Source of the DNA: Phycisphaeraceae bacterium
Lineage (GTDB): Bacteria; Planctomycetota; Phycisphaerae; Phycisphaerales; Phycisphaeraceae
Direction: 5' to 3'
Assembly: GCA_029260675.1 (NCBI GenBank)
Contig: JAJDCV010000282.1
Location: 1 to 48,307, forward strand
Length of the DNA stretch: 48,307 nucleotides
Part shown: positions 8,700-17,768 of the stretch, piece after piece
How positions within the stretch are numbered: the stretch's first letter is position 1
Layout of the letters: the number at the start of each line of letters is the position of its first letter
Program-made: the position numbers and the translations under genes
Notes under the pieces: model-generated
The model's input: only the letters and a program-made list of their open reading frames with translations
Databases searched by the model: none
Told to the model about the DNA's origin: nothing

Positions 8700-8715
8700 C
8701 TCTCAACTTTGAGAA
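8700..8715. promoter_or_regulatory. palindrome CTCTCA-ACTT-TGAGAA, candidate transcription-factor site
   Basis: Read directly in the ccmE / hexahaem divergent intergenic region. The same TTCTCA-N4-TGAGAA architecture occurs at 26075..26090, and a degenerate copy at 31665..31680. Confidence 0.35.
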
Positions 8716-9206
8716 CCCCCATTCAAGGGCCGTCCTGTCACCGGGAAGCATCGACGGAGACCCGGGAGGGATCTCAGCATGGATCCGGTTGGAAACGGCC
8801 GGATACAGACCACCCCCAAGGCCAGGCAATGGGTGCGGTCGAAGTCGCCTCTCAAGATCGAGGCGGGCATAGCGGTACAACCCGACTCACCCGCCTGATC
8901 CGTAACCCCGACCACAATACCTCTGTTTGAAGGTAACCGGGGCTCATGCCGGACGATTCAGGCGCAGATAAAAAATCACGGGCCTTGGTTGTCCAAAGGG
9001 GTGGACCTGGTGAAACGGCTTGGCGTTCCTGGCTGAGCCACGAACTGCCAAGCCTGGATCCGTCCGAGGCCCGTTAGGGCGGGGCGAACGGATGGGGCGG
9101 CCAGTAAACGCCTCATCGATTTTGGAACCCCCGGCCCGACCACGAGCCGTGGCGATTTAGTATCGCGGAGGCTGCGATCAAACGACCCGTCATCACAACC
9201 AGCCAC

Positions 9207-10037
9207 ATGCCGAACCTCCGGCTGAACTGCCGACCCGGCTCGCTGATCGGGGTCGCCTATTGCCTGAGCCTGGCGATGCTGTGCCTCTTGTGGCTACCGC
9301 CACAAAATTCAGAAGCACGGACCTCATCGAACTACGGAACCAGGGTGAAGTCTTCCCGGTTCAATGTTGATCCACGGTGTGGCCAATGCCATCAGCCGCA
9401 ACGGACCAAGTCCCACCCGGTGGATGTCGTCCCGAGCTTCGCCCTACCCAAAGCCTTCCCCCTCACGGACGGGCTGATGACCTGCCAGACATGCCACGAC
9501 GTGATCACCGCACGAGATCATACCGAAGCCCGGATCACCAAGACCGTGAAGCTCAAAGGGTCGAGCCGGGGCAACAACCTGTGCCAAAGCTGCCATAAGC
9601 AGACCGACTCAACGCTCGCCCGGTCGATGCACGGCTCACTGGGCGGGTTGGCACACAGACGGCCTGATACGGATCAGCCCCGTCGGCCCCGGTGGGACAG
9701 TTCAGGGAACAACACCAACCGTTCAAACCTGTGCCTGACATGCCATGACGGCGTACTCGCATCGGAGTCACGTATCCGCATGGGCAACTTCAGGCCCAAC
9801 CAATCCACCCGGGGCGACCACCCGGTCAATATCTACTACGCACAAGCCGCCCGGGACATGATCCTCAATGATGCGGATGGTCGGCTCGTGAATAGCACGC
9901 AACTCGACCCCCGCCTGCGTCTCTTCAATGGCGAGATGAGCTGCGAGACCTGCCACGACCTCTATTCAGAAAACGAGCGCTTGCTTGTGATCTCGAATCA
10001 GCGATCAAAACTCTGCATGTCCTGCCACGAGATCTGA
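9207..10037 (+). CDS. hexahaem c-type cytochrome, secreted
   Basis: Six CXXCH motifs (CGQCH, CQTCH, CQSCH, CLTCH, CETCH, CMSCH) and a hydrophobic N-terminal signal. It ends CMSCHEI, like doubled-CXXCH (paired CXXCH) family proteins. Confidence 0.8.
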   Translation: MPNLRLNCRPGSLIGVAYCLSLAMLCLLWLPPQNSEARTSSNYGTRVKSSRFNVDPRCGQCHQPQRTKSHPVDVVPSFALPKAFPLTDGLMTCQTCHDVITARDHTEARITKTVKLKGSSRGNNLCQSCHKQTDSTLARSMHGSLGGLAHRRPDTDQPRRPRWDSSGNNTNRSNLCLTCHDGVLASESRIRMGNFRPNQSTRGDHPVNIYYAQAARDMILNDADGRLVNSTQLDPRLRLFNGEMSCETCHDLYSENERLLVISNQRSKLCMSCHEI

Positions 10038-10122
10038 CCGCGGGGCGACCCAATGGCCTGGCCTCATAACAGGCCTGACCGGATCACAACACCTGCTTGA
10101 ATATGCCCGCGCGACTCCGTGA

Positions 10123-11754
10123 TCAGTTGTTGTAGTTCTCGTCGTCGTGGTCCTCGCCGTGGCACAACAGCGTACACGTCCCGCTTCGGTTCCCCTGGTC
10201 GATGAAGAACGGCCCGACGTTGCCCGCCTTCGGCGAGGGGAAGACCACGGAGTTGTCAAAGTTGATCAGGTGGCTGTTGTTGGCTGTGGTCCCAGCTACG
10301 GAGTCGATCCCGTGTGCGTCGTGACAGACCGAACACGGGGTGTCCTCACCGCGGATGTGTTTATCATGCTCCTTGAAGCTGTCGTCATTGAGGATGCTGT
10401 TGCGTTCGTGACACCGGTAACACAGGGCGTAGGCCGAAGCGCTCTCGGTGGTATGGTCTGTGGTGTCGTAGCGTGCGAGCAGCAGCGGACGGAAGCTTGA
10501 GCCGTGCGCTCCGCCTGCCCCGGATCCCGGAGAGTCCGAGCCGTGGCAGTCGGTGCAATAAACCCGGCTTGAGACGGTCCACGCGGGCTTCAGGCTCGGG
10601 ACATCGTTGTTGCGTCCGGTCGTGGTGACCGGGTGGAACGAAATGGCGGACGGGCTGAACTCCTCGCGGGTGTTGTTATTGACAATCTCACGGCTGATCC
10701 ATGGCTGAACGGCGGCCTGGTCGTCGTGGCATTTGAAGCAGACCTCGAACTCGAACTGAGCCGGCGACACCGGGGCCCCGGAGCTGGTGATGCCGTCGAC
10801 CGATCCGAAGTTCGGATGGATGTTCGGTGCCGCCGCCTGCCCGGTGTCGATCGTGTGCGGCTCGTGGCAGTCCGCACAGCCGACGTGATCGGGGATCGGG
10901 TCCAGGGGGTCTGAAATGCTATCGGTGTCGTGGACAAACAACTTGCCCATGTCGGCAGCGATGTTCGGTCCAGAGGTCGTGCCGTCGTGGCAGGCCAGGC
11001 AGGCGGCCCGGTCATTGACGCCATTGAGCAGGAACGGCCCGCTGGGCGCGGTGTGTGTCTTGTGACAGCCCTGGCAGTTCTCATGCCCGGTCACGGTGGT
11101 CGAGAGGATCTGGTGACAGCTGTTGCAAAGCTGTGAGTTGGTGTTATCCATCACCGTGAAGTCCCCGAACGTGTTGTCGTGCGCGTCGTGGCAGGTCGTA
11201 CACTGCAGTTCCTGGTTCGTGTCCAGCCGGACGTCGGCGGGAAGCCCCGCGGGGGAACGCAGTTTCGGGTCCTGCCCTGCCAGGACGGAGTCGTAGCGGA
11301 ACGAGACGGGGTGATCGTCTGAAAGATCGGTCTGGAGGTTGGCGTCCGAGATCGGCATGGTCGTCACGCCGCCGGACATCTGGATGACCTGGCCCTGCGA
11401 CACCACGCTGCCCAAGGCGATCGTGCCGTCGTGACAAGACAGGCACATCTTGCTTGTGCCGGTCGGCTGACCCGGGACGGCGTCCAGCGAGCTGCTGGAA
11501 TACACGGTGTAGGCACCGACCGGCTCGAAACGGTTCCACAAAGGATGCACCGGCGAAGCCGCGTGGGGCGTGTGGCAGAACACGCACACCCGCTGCTCGG
11601 TTGCGGCGACGATCGGCCCCGGACCCGTCACCGACAGGTTGTGCGGCGTGTCGATGATGCTGGCGCCCTGCCCGATCTGACCCTCGGCCGACACAGACAA
11701 AAATACCGCCGACACGATCACGACGGCCGACAGGATAACGGTGAGTGCTTTCAT
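10123..11754 (-). CDS. dodecahaem c-type cytochrome, Sec signal, no lipobox
   Basis: Eleven CXXCH motifs plus a terminal CTLLCH (CX3CH). The N-terminus MKALTVILSAVVIVSAVFLSVSA is signal-like. The DTPHNLS...CVFCHTPH pattern matches the Geobacter-type paired-CXXCH family. The ATG overlaps the upstream NHL gene stop (ATGA). Confidence 0.85.
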   Translation of the reverse strand: MKALTVILSAVVIVSAVFLSVSAEGQIGQGASIIDTPHNLSVTGPGPIVAATEQRVCVFCHTPHAASPVHPLWNRFEPVGAYTVYSSSSLDAVPGQPTGTSKMCLSCHDGTIALGSVVSQGQVIQMSGGVTTMPISDANLQTDLSDDHPVSFRYDSVLAGQDPKLRSPAGLPADVRLDTNQELQCTTCHDAHDNTFGDFTVMDNTNSQLCNSCHQILSTTVTGHENCQGCHKTHTAPSGPFLLNGVNDRAACLACHDGTTSGPNIAADMGKLFVHDTDSISDPLDPIPDHVGCADCHEPHTIDTGQAAAPNIHPNFGSVDGITSSGAPVSPAQFEFEVCFKCHDDQAAVQPWISREIVNNNTREEFSPSAISFHPVTTTGRNNDVPSLKPAWTVSSRVYCTDCHGSDSPGSGAGGAHGSSFRPLLLARYDTTDHTTESASAYALCYRCHERNSILNDDSFKEHDKHIRGEDTPCSVCHDAHGIDSVAGTTANNSHLINFDNSVVFPSPKAGNVGPFFIDQGNRSGTCTLLCHGEDHDDENYNN

Positions 11755-12842
11755 GGCTGGTCCTCCCCCAGGTAGTCGAACACCTGAACCCGACGGTTAT
11801 AGGTATCGGCCACCCAGATACGGTTCTGTGGATCGACCCATATCCCGGCGGGCAGCCAGAACTGCCCGCGTCCGCGTCCCTCTTCGCCGAAGGTCATCAG
11901 AAGCCGGCCCTGCGAGTCGAAGACCTGCACCGCCTCGAAGGAGGCGTCGATGACATACAGGTGGCCATCACGATCGACCCCCAGCCCCTTGGGACGGGCG
12001 AAGTAACCCGGCAGGTTCCCGCCGCGGCCGATCTGACGGATCGGTTTAAGGTCCACGTCGAATTGCTGCACACGGAAGTTCAACGTATCGCTGACGTACA
12101 GCCGGCCCGAAGCGTCGACCGCGACGTTCGTCGGGAAGTTGAACCCGCCCAACTCCACACCGCGCCCACCCAGGCGCTGGATCAGCTGCCCATCTAGGGT
12201 CATCACCACCACCAGGTGAGCCTTCACGTCCGCGACGAACAGCCGGCCACGTTCGGCGTCGATCGCGATGCCCGCCGGCCGACTTAGTAATTCCCCACCC
12301 ATCCTCTTGAGATAGACCCCGTGCTGGTCAAACACGACCAGATCACCCTCGACAGAGTCCGCGACGATCAATCTGCCCGCCGGGTCGTACGCCACGCCGG
12401 TCGGTTGCGAGAACCGGCCCACGTCATCCTTGTTATTGTCATCGTCCTCGTCGGCGGGCGGGGCCCATTGCTGATACACCCGTGTAGACAGGTCAAAGAC
12501 GTGGACGACCTGGGCGTTGGAATCCGCAACAAAAAGCCTGTCCGCGCCGTCCGAGCAAACAGCGAAGGGGCTGAGCATTTTCTCCTCAGGCTCACGCCCG
12601 AACAGCGTCGCGCCGACGTTATCCAGAAACGACTTGGCGGGTTTGAGGTCCTGACCGCTGCTTATCGCGCCGACGTAACGTATGCGCGCCTTTTCGGGCG
12701 GCGCTGGCCAGATGGGGTCGTCCGGTTGTGCCTGGAAGATCATCCCCGCCGGGGTCTGACACCCTAGCAGCGCGGCCACCGCGCCCAAGGCGCAAGCACG
12801 CCGTAACCATCCGCCGACCGATGCGAGATGTATCCCTGTCAT
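11751..12842 (-). CDS. NHL-repeat six-bladed beta-propeller lipoprotein
   Basis: Internal ATG at 12842 (MTGIHLASVGGWLRRACALGAVAALLGCQTP, lipobox LLGC) with GGAAAGG upstream. The longer ORF to 13100 would overlap the barrel gene. It has repeated F..P.G.A.D..GRLyVAD...RV..F units. Confidence 0.8.
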   Translation of the reverse strand: MTGIHLASVGGWLRRACALGAVAALLGCQTPAGMIFQAQPDDPIWPAPPEKARIRYVGAISSGQDLKPAKSFLDNVGATLFGREPEEKMLSPFAVCSDGADRLFVADSNAQVVHVFDLSTRVYQQWAPPADEDDDNNKDDVGRFSQPTGVAYDPAGRLIVADSVEGDLVVFDQHGVYLKRMGGELLSRPAGIAIDAERGRLFVADVKAHLVVVMTLDGQLIQRLGGRGVELGGFNFPTNVAVDASGRLYVSDTLNFRVQQFDVDLKPIRQIGRGGNLPGYFARPKGLGVDRDGHLYVIDASFEAVQVFDSQGRLLMTFGEEGRGRGQFWLPAGIWVDPQNRIWVADTYNRRVQVFDYLGEDQP

Positions 12843-12864
12843 GGCTTGCCTTTCCGGGTGGATG

Positions 12865-14913
12865 CTAGAAGTTCCTCCGTACGCCGGCAAATAAGCTCTG
12901 CGACGTCGTGTCGCTTGAGTTGGAGCTGAACACCTCGTTGCGGATCTGCAGGAACGCGCTGGTCTGTCGATAACGCCAGTCCAGGTCAAACCGCTGCTCA
13001 AAAGACGTGCTGTCTTCGCCGATGTCTTCGGAAAGGTCGAACCACAGCAGCTCGATGCGGCCGTTGAGTTTCCTGCTGAACTCATGAGTGAACGTGCCAC
13101 TGGCGGTGAACTGAGTGGCCGTGTTGTCTTCGTCGATAAACTCGGTCTCGGTGTGCTGAACCCGGATGTCCAGCGAGTCCGTCGATGAGATACGGTCGTG
13201 CAGGATCACCTCGAAGCGGGTCTGCTCGAACGGGGAGATATCGCTGTCGTGGTCGATGTGTTCGGCCTCGAAGATCAGGACGCCGAGCCGGTATTCCACG
13301 CCCACCGCCAACTCCTCGACGTTGTTAGGCACCACCACGATGAGCCGATCGCTGCGGATAGATTCGTCGATGCTCAGGTACCGCATAAACACCCCCAGGC
13401 CGGACAACGGGCCCTCTTGTAAGTCGTACCGAAGGCCCAGGCCGACGGTGTTTGAGGTGACGTTGTGTGCCGGCTCGGGATCGACCGTGTAATCGATCTC
13501 GACGTTCTCGCCGGCGGTGATCCGACCGGTCAGGACGCGCCGCAACTCGATGCGGTTGGCCAGCACGGTGACCCGGTAGTCGATGCCCTCGCTGTAAACA
13601 GCCGGGCCGACCGGGTTGGCGATGTTGTGTACGACGATGCTTGCCGCGTCGATATTGCTGCGTGCGAGGATCACGGGGCTGGGTCCCACAAAAGCGTGCG
13701 GCTCGCGGACAACCTGAAACGGTTGGCCACGTTCGCCGTTGTCTTGCTGATCGTAGCGCAGGCGCAGGTCGCCGGAGAGCCGGCCGCGGGGCACCAGCTT
13801 CGTGTATTCCAGCGCCAGGTCGCCGAACTTCCCATCGGTCTTGAACCCGTCCGAGAAATCCTCGGCATGTCCGCCCACCTGTGCCGTCGTGACGAGGCTG
13901 TCGTACAGCCGATGACGGACAAGCGCATCGCCGTTGTAAGCACGCTGGGTCAGCCCCGCGCGTTGCTGATCCAGCGCGGTGAAGTGGTACCGGGACTCCA
14001 GGGTCGGGGAGTGCGTGAGCCTCACGATCTCATCCCATCGGAACCTCTCTTCGGCGAAGTCGCCCTGCTGATCGAAGAACTCGAAACGCGATCGGATGTT
14101 GCTCTGGTGATCGTTGCCGAAATCCACCGTATGGGTCAGGTCGGTGTCGTGCCGGGTGTAATGGATATCCGCCCTGACCGGCGCAGTCAGGTCGATTTTG
14201 TTAAGCCGGTAGTTGAAATCCAGGTCCTGATATTCCCCGAGGTTGATCTGGCTGGAGATATCTACAAGGTCTTCGATCTGGTCGAAGCTGTTATTCCCGC
14301 TTGTGGACGGATCATTCTGGCTGGTTTTTCGCTGTGTGTAGCTGAAGCTGTGCCGGGCCTGGGGGAGCGTGACCAGCCAGTTGAAACCGGAGGCGGTGTC
14401 CGTGCTCTCGATCGTCGGGCCGAACTGCCGGTCCAGCAGTGTCTGGAACTGCCGGGTGAAGACGGTCAGGGGGGTGTTGCTTCGCCGCAGGATCGTCGCC
14501 CGCGCGTCGTATTCCTGGAGCGTTTCACCGACCTGGCGGTCCCCGCTGGGCGTGTCGCTGTCGAAGTCGTTTTGCTCAAGAATCATCGACCCGAACAGCG
14601 ATAGATGCACCAGGTTAGGGTGCCGGATAAACCCGTCCGTCGAGACCTCGAACAACTCGCGGAACTCCTGCTCGGTCTCGGTGGTGGTGGGTTGCCCGGT
14701 GGTGTCCGAGGTGTCTTCCTGCCAGCGGTACTCCAGCCCCAGCGAAGCATGGACGTTGTCGAACTCCAGCAGCGGCAACTCCCGCCGGGGGTTGATAACG
14801 ATCGGATCCTCCTGGCCATAGACCGGGCCGCAGACCCCAAGCAGCATCGACATCCCGGTGGTCAGTAACGCCGGGCGTGCGGGGTGTCGCACATTCAGTT
14901 TATGCGGTGTCAT
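12865..14913 (-). CDS. large outer-membrane beta-barrel protein (porin-like component)
   Basis: 682 aa with a signal-like N-terminus (...MLLGVCGPVYGQED). There are no long hydrophobic helices. Amphipathic short strands rich in Y/F/R/D/T/N/G alternate throughout. The C-terminus ends ...LFAGVRRNF, with the terminal Phe typical of OMPs. The ATG overlaps the upstream cytochrome stop (ATGA). Confidence 0.65.
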   Translation of the reverse strand: MTPHKLNVRHPARPALLTTGMSMLLGVCGPVYGQEDPIVINPRRELPLLEFDNVHASLGLEYRWQEDTSDTTGQPTTTETEQEFRELFEVSTDGFIRHPNLVHLSLFGSMILEQNDFDSDTPSGDRQVGETLQEYDARATILRRSNTPLTVFTRQFQTLLDRQFGPTIESTDTASGFNWLVTLPQARHSFSYTQRKTSQNDPSTSGNNSFDQIEDLVDISSQINLGEYQDLDFNYRLNKIDLTAPVRADIHYTRHDTDLTHTVDFGNDHQSNIRSRFEFFDQQGDFAEERFRWDEIVRLTHSPTLESRYHFTALDQQRAGLTQRAYNGDALVRHRLYDSLVTTAQVGGHAEDFSDGFKTDGKFGDLALEYTKLVPRGRLSGDLRLRYDQQDNGERGQPFQVVREPHAFVGPSPVILARSNIDAASIVVHNIANPVGPAVYSEGIDYRVTVLANRIELRRVLTGRITAGENVEIDYTVDPEPAHNVTSNTVGLGLRYDLQEGPLSGLGVFMRYLSIDESIRSDRLIVVVPNNVEELAVGVEYRLGVLIFEAEHIDHDSDISPFEQTRFEVILHDRISSTDSLDIRVQHTETEFIDEDNTATQFTASGTFTHEFSRKLNGRIELLWFDLSEDIGEDSTSFEQRFDLDWRYRQTSAFLQIRNEVFSSNSSDTTSQSLFAGVRRNF

Positions 14914-15575
14914 CCCGGCACCGCCTCACCCTGGTCGGGCGTCTGAGGTGATACATCACCGGAATTAATTTCGTTTAGCGCCTCCGGCTTAAGAAAATAA
15001 GTCCGGTCCCCACCGTGGCCGGAGTGGCAATCCAGGCATGATCGTTTCGGGTCCGTGTGCGCCTGGGGGGTCGGCCCCAGTGTGTCGGGCATCGCGTGAC
15101 AGGTGACGCACATGACCCGGGGCGGATCCCGGAGCATGAATACCGTCGTCGACTGGTGCGGGTCGTGGCAGGCCATGCAGTCGCCAACCGCCACGGGCCC
15201 GTGCATCAGCTCGAACTGCTCGGGTTTATTGCCGTGGCATTGGACGCAGACCGAGGCATCGGGCATCAGCGCAGCCGGTTCATGTGAGGTGTGGCAGGCC
15301 TGGCAATTTCCCTCGGAATAAGGCTCGTGGAAGTTGTACTTAATCGCCAGCCGTCTGCGAGCCTGCGCCGCGGGTGAGTTGGATAGTGCTTCTGGCGGGG
15401 CGTTGGGGTCCGGGACGCCGTCGAAGAAGAATGACAGCGTCTCGTAGTGCTCTTCCGGGTTGCAACCGGTCAATGCCAACAGCGGGGGCACGCCCAGGAC
15501 CAGAACAGGCAACAGGTACAGCACCCCGACGAAGCGCTTCCGCCGGACGCAACCTGACCTGACGCGGGCTTTCAT
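14910..15575 (-). CDS. pentahaem c-type cytochrome lipoprotein
   Basis: Five CXXCH motifs (CQACH, CVQCH, CMACH, CVTCH, CLDCH) and a lipobox LLALTGC. The ATG overlaps the NHL gene stop (ATGA). Confidence 0.85.
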   Translation of the reverse strand: MKARVRSGCVRRKRFVGVLYLLPVLVLGVPPLLALTGCNPEEHYETLSFFFDGVPDPNAPPEALSNSPAAQARRRLAIKYNFHEPYSEGNCQACHTSHEPAALMPDASVCVQCHGNKPEQFELMHGPVAVGDCMACHDPHQSTTVFMLRDPPRVMCVTCHAMPDTLGPTPQAHTDPKRSCLDCHSGHGGDRTYFLKPEALNEINSGDVSPQTPDQGEAVPG

Positions 15576-16861
15576 TTCTCAGACCCGGTAGCGCTGTTTT
15601 CCACCGGTGTTTCGACTGGTGGCCGCTGCGGGTCCGTCTTGGGATCAGCCGGCTCGGTGGCGCCTGGTGGCAGCGCCCCGGACCCTGTGTCCGCGCCCCG
15701 GACGTCGGAAACCCCCAGGTTCACTTCCGCCTGGTCCGCGCGGATGTCCTCGGGCGTAGCGCCTGGCTTGAGTTGACCCAGCGCGTAGACCGCGACTTTC
15801 GCCGGCCCGAATTGGTTGGTCACGATCAGCAGCCTCTCGGCCTGGAACGCGGGGTGGATATCCTTCTCAAACAGGTCCAGGTCGCCGTCATGAACCGTCA
15901 CGCCCACGGGCAGGAACATGGCCCCGGGGTGGTCGCCCACGTTACCGAACCAGGTCAGCAGCTTGCCCTGGTGGTTGAAGACCTGGACGTTCTGGAAAGC
16001 GGCATCCACGATGTAGATCCGCCCGTCAACATCGGTCGCCAGGTGCTTGGGCCGGACAAACTCTCCGATCGCGGTCGTGAGTTTCCCGAACCCCATAAGC
16101 AGCTCGCCGTCGGGTGAAAAGATCTGGATCCTGGCCTTAAGCGCATCCCCGACGATGACGCGCCCCTGGCGGTCAACATCAATCCCCAGCGGACGCACGA
16201 ACTGACCGTCTTCCGCGCCGCCGCCCTCCTGGCCGATCCGTCCGATTTCCTGCCCGTTGGATCGGTCCAGGATCAGCACTTGCTTGCTGATATAGTCGGT
16301 GACGTAGATCCGGTCCTGTGTCACGGCCAGAGCACCGGGCTTGAATAGCCCCGGCTCAAAACGTGTCAGGTAGCGCTCGTTCTGGTCATACACGACGATC
16401 CGGTTGGCCCCCAGGTCCGCGACGTAGATCAGCCCGTCGGGCGCAATCGCGACGTCGGTCGGCCTGATCAGGCGGGTGATCCCCCCGCTGCCGATCACAC
16501 GGGTCTGCTGGCTGCGGAGGTCCAGCACGACCACGCTGGGGTTACGGATATCACAGACGTAGATCCGTCCATTGGCCGCCTCCACGCCGTAGGGCTTGTT
16601 GATCGGCAGGACCTGCTGCCCGGCCTCGCCGTAGATAAGCGCATCGAGCTTGCCGCCATCGGGCTCGACGTCCTTACTGAATTGATAGGAGTGAAGGAAT
16701 TGGATCCGGGGCTGATCGGGATAGGGAGGCCAAAAGGAATAGCGCTTGTTGGGCGCTTGGGCGGTGGGCGTGCTCCCGCAGCCGGTCAGGGCCATCAGCG
16801 CGATCAGCCCCGCCAGGGAGGCCTTAGAGAAAGTGCGGGTGATCAAGCGTGTATCCGTCAT
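15572..16861 (-). CDS. NHL-repeat beta-propeller lipoprotein
   Basis: 429 aa, lipobox LMALTGC, six NHL-like units (e.g. PYGVEAANGRIYVCDIRNPSVVVLD, PTDVAIAPDGLIYVADLGANRIVVYD). The tail is Pro-rich. Confidence 0.8.
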   Translation of the reverse strand: MTDTRLITRTFSKASLAGLIALMALTGCGSTPTAQAPNKRYSFWPPYPDQPRIQFLHSYQFSKDVEPDGGKLDALIYGEAGQQVLPINKPYGVEAANGRIYVCDIRNPSVVVLDLRSQQTRVIGSGGITRLIRPTDVAIAPDGLIYVADLGANRIVVYDQNERYLTRFEPGLFKPGALAVTQDRIYVTDYISKQVLILDRSNGQEIGRIGQEGGGAEDGQFVRPLGIDVDRQGRVIVGDALKARIQIFSPDGELLMGFGKLTTAIGEFVRPKHLATDVDGRIYIVDAAFQNVQVFNHQGKLLTWFGNVGDHPGAMFLPVGVTVHDGDLDLFEKDIHPAFQAERLLIVTNQFGPAKVAVYALGQLKPGATPEDIRADQAEVNLGVSDVRGADTGSGALPPGATEPADPKTDPQRPPVETPVENSATGSEK

Positions 16862-17023
16862 AACCAGTTGCTCCCGCCACTTGCCCAGCCCTGAAGCTCA
16901 ATCCACTGCAACGGGTTATAATACCTGTATCCGGAAATCGGTGCCGAGGTCGATAAAAGGCGAGAAGACACGAACGGCGTGGCACCTGTTTTTTTAATTG
17001 AAGCCTTAACAGGAGCCGCTGGT

Positions 17024-17047
17024 CGGGCTGGTCGAGAGACCAGCCCG
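17024..17047 (-). terminator. perfect 10-bp GC-rich stem-loop just downstream of the tetrahaem gene (terminator or attenuator)
   Basis: The arms cgggctggtc and gaccagcccg flank a gaga loop, 19 nt after the stop at 17066. No clear U-tract follows on the minus strand, so its function is uncertain. Confidence 0.35.
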
Positions 17048-17065
17048 CCAGTGGCCTTTTATTGG

Positions 17066-17686
17066 CTATTTTATGTGGCAGGCCAGGCACAGCTGGCTGC
17101 CGTTGTTGGTGACGCGGAGCAACTCTGGCAGGTTCGCCTTATTGTGAACCGAGTGGCAAGACGCGCAACTGACGACGCTCTCGGCCTGACCTGCAACGGT
17201 CATGGACCGGACCCGCACGCCGTTGGCCTTGGGGTCGGGAGCCAAGCCGGTGTCGGCGAAGTCGTACACGGCCACGGCACCGACCGGGTGGTCGTCGCTG
17301 AGGTCGCCCGTGCCGCCACCCATCTGCTTGCTGGCACCGATGAACGTGGTACCGTTGGTCGTGCCGCCGAAGCTATCTAAGGCGATCGACCCGTCGTGGC
17401 AACTCATGCATGCCTGACTGTCACGGTCCAGGCCGGCGAAACCGTCGTTGGATGTCTGGCCTTCATAAAGGGTGTAATTGGCATACGAGGGAACCTCGTG
17501 GTTCCACAATAGCCCAAGCGTGGCGCCATTGGGCGCGTTGTGAGGCGCGTGGCAGGGCTGACAGATCGTCGAGCCAGACCAGCTCTCGGCACTGAAGTCG
17601 TGGGCGGAGCCTGAAAGGGCCGCCGAGGCCACCCCCGCGAAGACCAAGACACAGGCCATCGATAGGATGTGTTGACTGAGTTTCAT
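17066..17686 (-). CDS. small secreted tetrahaem c-type cytochrome
   Basis: ATG at 17686 (MKLSQHILSMACVLVFAGVASA) with GGAG 8 nt upstream. The ORF-track start at 17728 is a TTG. Four CXXCH motifs (CQPCH, CMSCH, CASCH, CLACH). It ends CLACHIK. Confidence 0.8.
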   Translation of the reverse strand: MKLSQHILSMACVLVFAGVASAALSGSAHDFSAESWSGSTICQPCHAPHNAPNGATLGLLWNHEVPSYANYTLYEGQTSNDGFAGLDRDSQACMSCHDGSIALDSFGGTTNGTTFIGASKQMGGGTGDLSDDHPVGAVAVYDFADTGLAPDPKANGVRVRSMTVAGQAESVVSCASCHSVHNKANLPELLRVTNNGSQLCLACHIK

Positions 17687-17768
17687 TTTTACATCTCCAT
17701 TTCCAAAAGGGTTTGTGTGTTCAAACAAGAAAGCTCACCGTCCGTGTCTCGTCGCCACAAGATCTTGG

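Noticed and set aside
8985-9070. Weak cobalamin-riboswitch-like elements upstream of the hexahaem gene: GGUGAAAC, GCCACGAACUGCCA and AAGCCUGGAUCCGUCC, the last compared with the B12 box.
   Set aside because: The matches are partial and the B12 box is not conserved at key positions. The downstream gene has no link to cobalamin. Only an Infernal search against the cobalamin model could revive this.
8655-9206. Possible RNase P RNA, tmRNA or tRNA in the long intergenic region. On the minus strand, GGAUCAGGCGGGUGA and ACAGGACGGCCCUU loosely recall RNase P segments. On the plus strand, GGGGCUCAUGCCGGACGAUUCAGG loosely recalls a tmRNA 5' end.
   Set aside because: The near-invariant GAGGAAAGUCCGGGC of bacterial RNase P is absent. 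There is no tRNA-like 3' end (GGUUCGAAUCC...CCA) for tmRNA, and no cloverleaf can be drawn. The resemblances are short and probably chance matches in GC-rich sequence.
10055-10075. Short hairpin GGCCTG-N9-CAGGCC between the convergent hexahaem and dodecahaem genes, as a possible bidirectional terminator.
   Set aside because: It has only 6 bp of stem, a 9-nt loop and no flanking T/A tracts, which is not distinguishable from chance in this composition.
16931-16946. Sigma-54-like element upstream of the porin-cytochrome operon (minus strand CGGCACCGATTTCCGG).
   Set aside because: The -24 GGCAC is fine, but the invariant GC of the -12 box is missing at the required spacing. The TGGCAC at 16978..16983 is on the wrong strand and also lacks a -12 GC.
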